From positions 11,222,001-11,286,000 of the forward strand of contig CM060733.1 in the NCBI GenBank assembly GCA_030704615.1: DNA of 64,000 nucleotides, given 5' to 3'. Positions within the stretch are counted from its first letter, which is position 1; each line of letters starts with the position of its first letter. This document shows positions 61,323-64,000 of this stretch, piece by piece. Made by a program: the position numbers and the translations under genes. The notes under the pieces were generated by a model. That model saw only the letters and a list, made by a program, of their open reading frames with translations. It did not search any database and was not told the DNA's origin. The stretch is from Takakia lepidozioides. Lineage: Eukaryota; Plantae; Bryophyta.

Positions 61323-64000
61323 CTACCCATGTGTTGTATCCCGCTGCAAAAGAGTATCGACCTCGTTGAAACTCATAGTGGCCTGGTGAATGAAGTTGTC
61401 ACGTTTGGGATCGCAAACCATCCTCCTCAAAAATATGAAATACAAATGTTTGCAGGGTATGAATTTACCTCTCTTGCCCAAACTGGTTGATAGCATATTC
61501 ACAAAATCAGGACATGTGCAATTGGGGAAATTGGAAACCGTGATGTCGTAGGTCCTGTCATGAACAGCAGATGTGGAAGTGATGATTGTGAATACCCGAC
61601 CATATCCTGGATCGGGTACTTCCGTGGTGCTTCCGACACGAGCTTGGAGCATTCTTGCGGACTCCACTTTGCCAAAGTGTTCAGCGGTTGGAGGGAAACG
61701 CCGAACGAGCTTTCCATCTCGTTTGGTTGGCCACAAGTCAGGATTTGCCGGGGGGACCCGGGAGGACGCAGAAGTAGTAGCACATGCATGGAGTTGGGGT
61801 TGTCTCGCAAGGGAAAAACCTGCCTCCTCCAGCATTTCAATCTCCTGAAAGCTGAGATGTGTTCCCACCTTCACGGGCCAAACGGTTGGAGGAGATGGCT
61901 TCATCACTACGGAAGGACGCACAGTTCCATGCACACATCTGGCACAATCATCTGCGCAGAACCAGAACTTGTGGTTCTTGGCTTCTGGTTGACCGTATGG
62001 ACGCATCAAGCCCGTGAAAGTCGGAGCAGGAGTTCGGGCACCACCTCTGGATATAGATGAAGTGCACTTCTCGAAATTAGTTGCCCTGATCGCTGTACAT
62101 TTCACACGAGACCCGACACTTGTGCGTTCTATGTGCCAAACGTGGTCGGGGCATGCGGACTCAAGCACATCAAGGGGGTTGTTTCTCTCCTGCACCATTT
62201 CAGTGGCACGGTTTGATGCTGGAGCTTGCCGTCGTGTTGGAGGTTCCTCCACAATGGAGGTTCCGGACATGGAGCTGTCATGCAGGGGAACACGAGGCTT
62301 CGAGAAGTTATCACGGTCTGCCCTGTGGGAATCTGAATCCGAACCAGGTGGAGTGTTCAATTTCCTCTTACAGGAGCCGAATCTCTCCTCCCCTTCAAGA
62401 TGTGGAACTCTAGAAACAAGTGGCGTTCCCTGGGCATACATGCTCACCGCCCGTGCTATCTTGATTGGATCCCCAGATCTGTTTGCAGCACGCAACATCA
62501 ACTCCCATTTGTCCGGACCCTTGCCACCAACCCCACCTCGTAAGAAATCACGGTATCGGGTTTGTTGTTGCAAGGCACGTATCAAATCATCTGTTGTTGC
62601 CACATACAAATCCCGACCTCGTTTCCCAGACTGCTGCAACCATGCATTGTGCACAGTTTCTGCCAAATTGCAAGATGGCATGTCCGCCATTTCCTCAATG
62701 GACATGTTCTGCAAAGAGGATAACCACACTTCAGAACAGTGCACAGGAAACAACATAAAGAAAGCAATGAGTCAAAAATATGGAAAGCAAATGTATGAAT
62801 AAAGCATGAAATAGAAGCCTCGTACCATTGTCATGGCTGCTCCCCACTGTCTATACCGGAAGTGCCAAAACGCCAGCCAATCTTCCAATGCTCTCATACT
62901 CTCAAGTGATGCAGCTCCAGAAGAGAACCACCAGGCACGAATTGTCTGGAACAAAGTGTCCGCCTCCTTCATTGTTCTAGCATCTTTGTACTCTTTGCAC
63001 AATTTACGGTGCTGAGTCTGCATCTCTGGTTTGATGTCCGACTTTGTATGTTTTTCCAGAGATTGTGTCCAATGGAATAGACATGTACGCTCTCTTCCTG
63101 GCATAGGCACTTTTGGGTCGCCCGATCCGAAGACAATACGAATAGCATTGAAATTTGCTTGAGCACTATCCGCCATGAAACCTGCGAAATTTGGAGATGG
63201 CAGCCCATGACACGTATCAGGGAATTCCACATGAGCTTCTGGGATTCCGTATCCTCGGATTGCATGTCACAAACTGCAATTGTCATAACTCGTTGGTACA
63301 CTGGATCGTAGACATGACAAGCCATTGTCGTCCAATCCTTCACTCGTTTCACATGATCAAACATAAGAAAACAGTTCTGCAAGTCCCCAGTCTTCTGCAT
63401 CCGCTTCACGAGGCTAACCCCACTGCCCTCCCCAACAGTCGACATTTTGAAAAGAAAAACTTTGATGGCACCTTGACCTGGGAATACATTGTCCTGGATG
63501 TAATCGTACTTGCTCACTCGTTTCAATTCCAAAATATTGTCTATGTAGCCTCTGATCCCAGAGCCCATTCTCAATGCATTGATCTGATGCCGAATGTTAG
63601 GTGAACTTAAAGTGGAGAAATGATCCATGACCAGGTCCAATGCTGCACCGTCAAGTTTAGTCCCCACAGAATCTCCTTCACTCAAAATATGGCTTTCCAA
63701 GAAGGACTTGCTTGCGCCAAGAGCAATTGCAGATGTTGTTGCGGATGGGTTTCTCCCGAACTCCTGTTTGATCAACCTCGATACTGTCTCAACACTCTCC
63801 CTGTAATCCCCCTTCGAGACAGGATGGTTATGGAATCCAAAATGCACACAAGCTCTCGTCATTGTATTCAAACGGTGGACAACATAGTACATTCTTGCTC
63901 CGCAGAGCGCCAAGCAGGATGGCACAAGTTTGCAGAATTTGCAGACGAAAGTGTTTGCCGGTGGAGGGGCAGTCCCAGGCTGAAATGGATTTTCCGCCAG
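61323..64000 (-). mobile_element. Mutator-like GCM/DDE/SWIM transposase copy C, 5' end beyond the window; intron 62709-62825
   Basis: RACVHFGFHNH, LMFDHVKRV, GFMADSA, CLFH, SCNLAETVH, CTCPDF...IPCKHLY. Same intron position as copy B; a small frameshifting deletion at ~63207. Confidence 0.9.

Overview
Land-plant nuclear DNA. The PLS-type PPR style and the retroelement and transposase types suggest a bryophyte, lycophyte or fern, but the species cannot be determined. (1) 0.5-13.9 kb: an intact 26-exon PDS5 cohesin-regulator gene on the minus strand that runs off the left edge. (2) 17-31 kb: a cluster of shuffled gene fragments, including degenerate PLS/E/DYW PPR genes, an ABCG11-like last exon, histidinol dehydrogenase exons and a hairpin made of two convergent PPR 5' ends, plus small DNA transposons. 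(3) 31.8-38 kb: LTR remnants, one containing a tight four-way foldback. (4) 37-64 kb: nested transposons, including a decayed non-chromovirus Ty3/Gypsy element and three copies of a GCM-like/MULE-DDE/SWIM transposase family. The main finding is a roughly 14 kb Mutator-like element (about 38.5-52.9 kb). Besides its transposase it carries a divergently oriented, spliced cargo gene that fuses a ParB/Srx-like domain (VWDGNHR) to a beta-class N6A/N4C DNA-methyltransferase-like domain (DMILLDIPDG ... ILDLTCGTG-ASMWAG...RHVFAFE). Its non-coding DNA (divergent promoter, one intron, subterminal zone) is filled with tandem arrays of one shared core, GGAAATTCGGCGCCGAATTTCC, either as a full palindrome or as half-sites. 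The gene is now scrambled into three pieces on two strands and was reconstructed by hand from splice phases. All domain calls are by eye; no searches were run.
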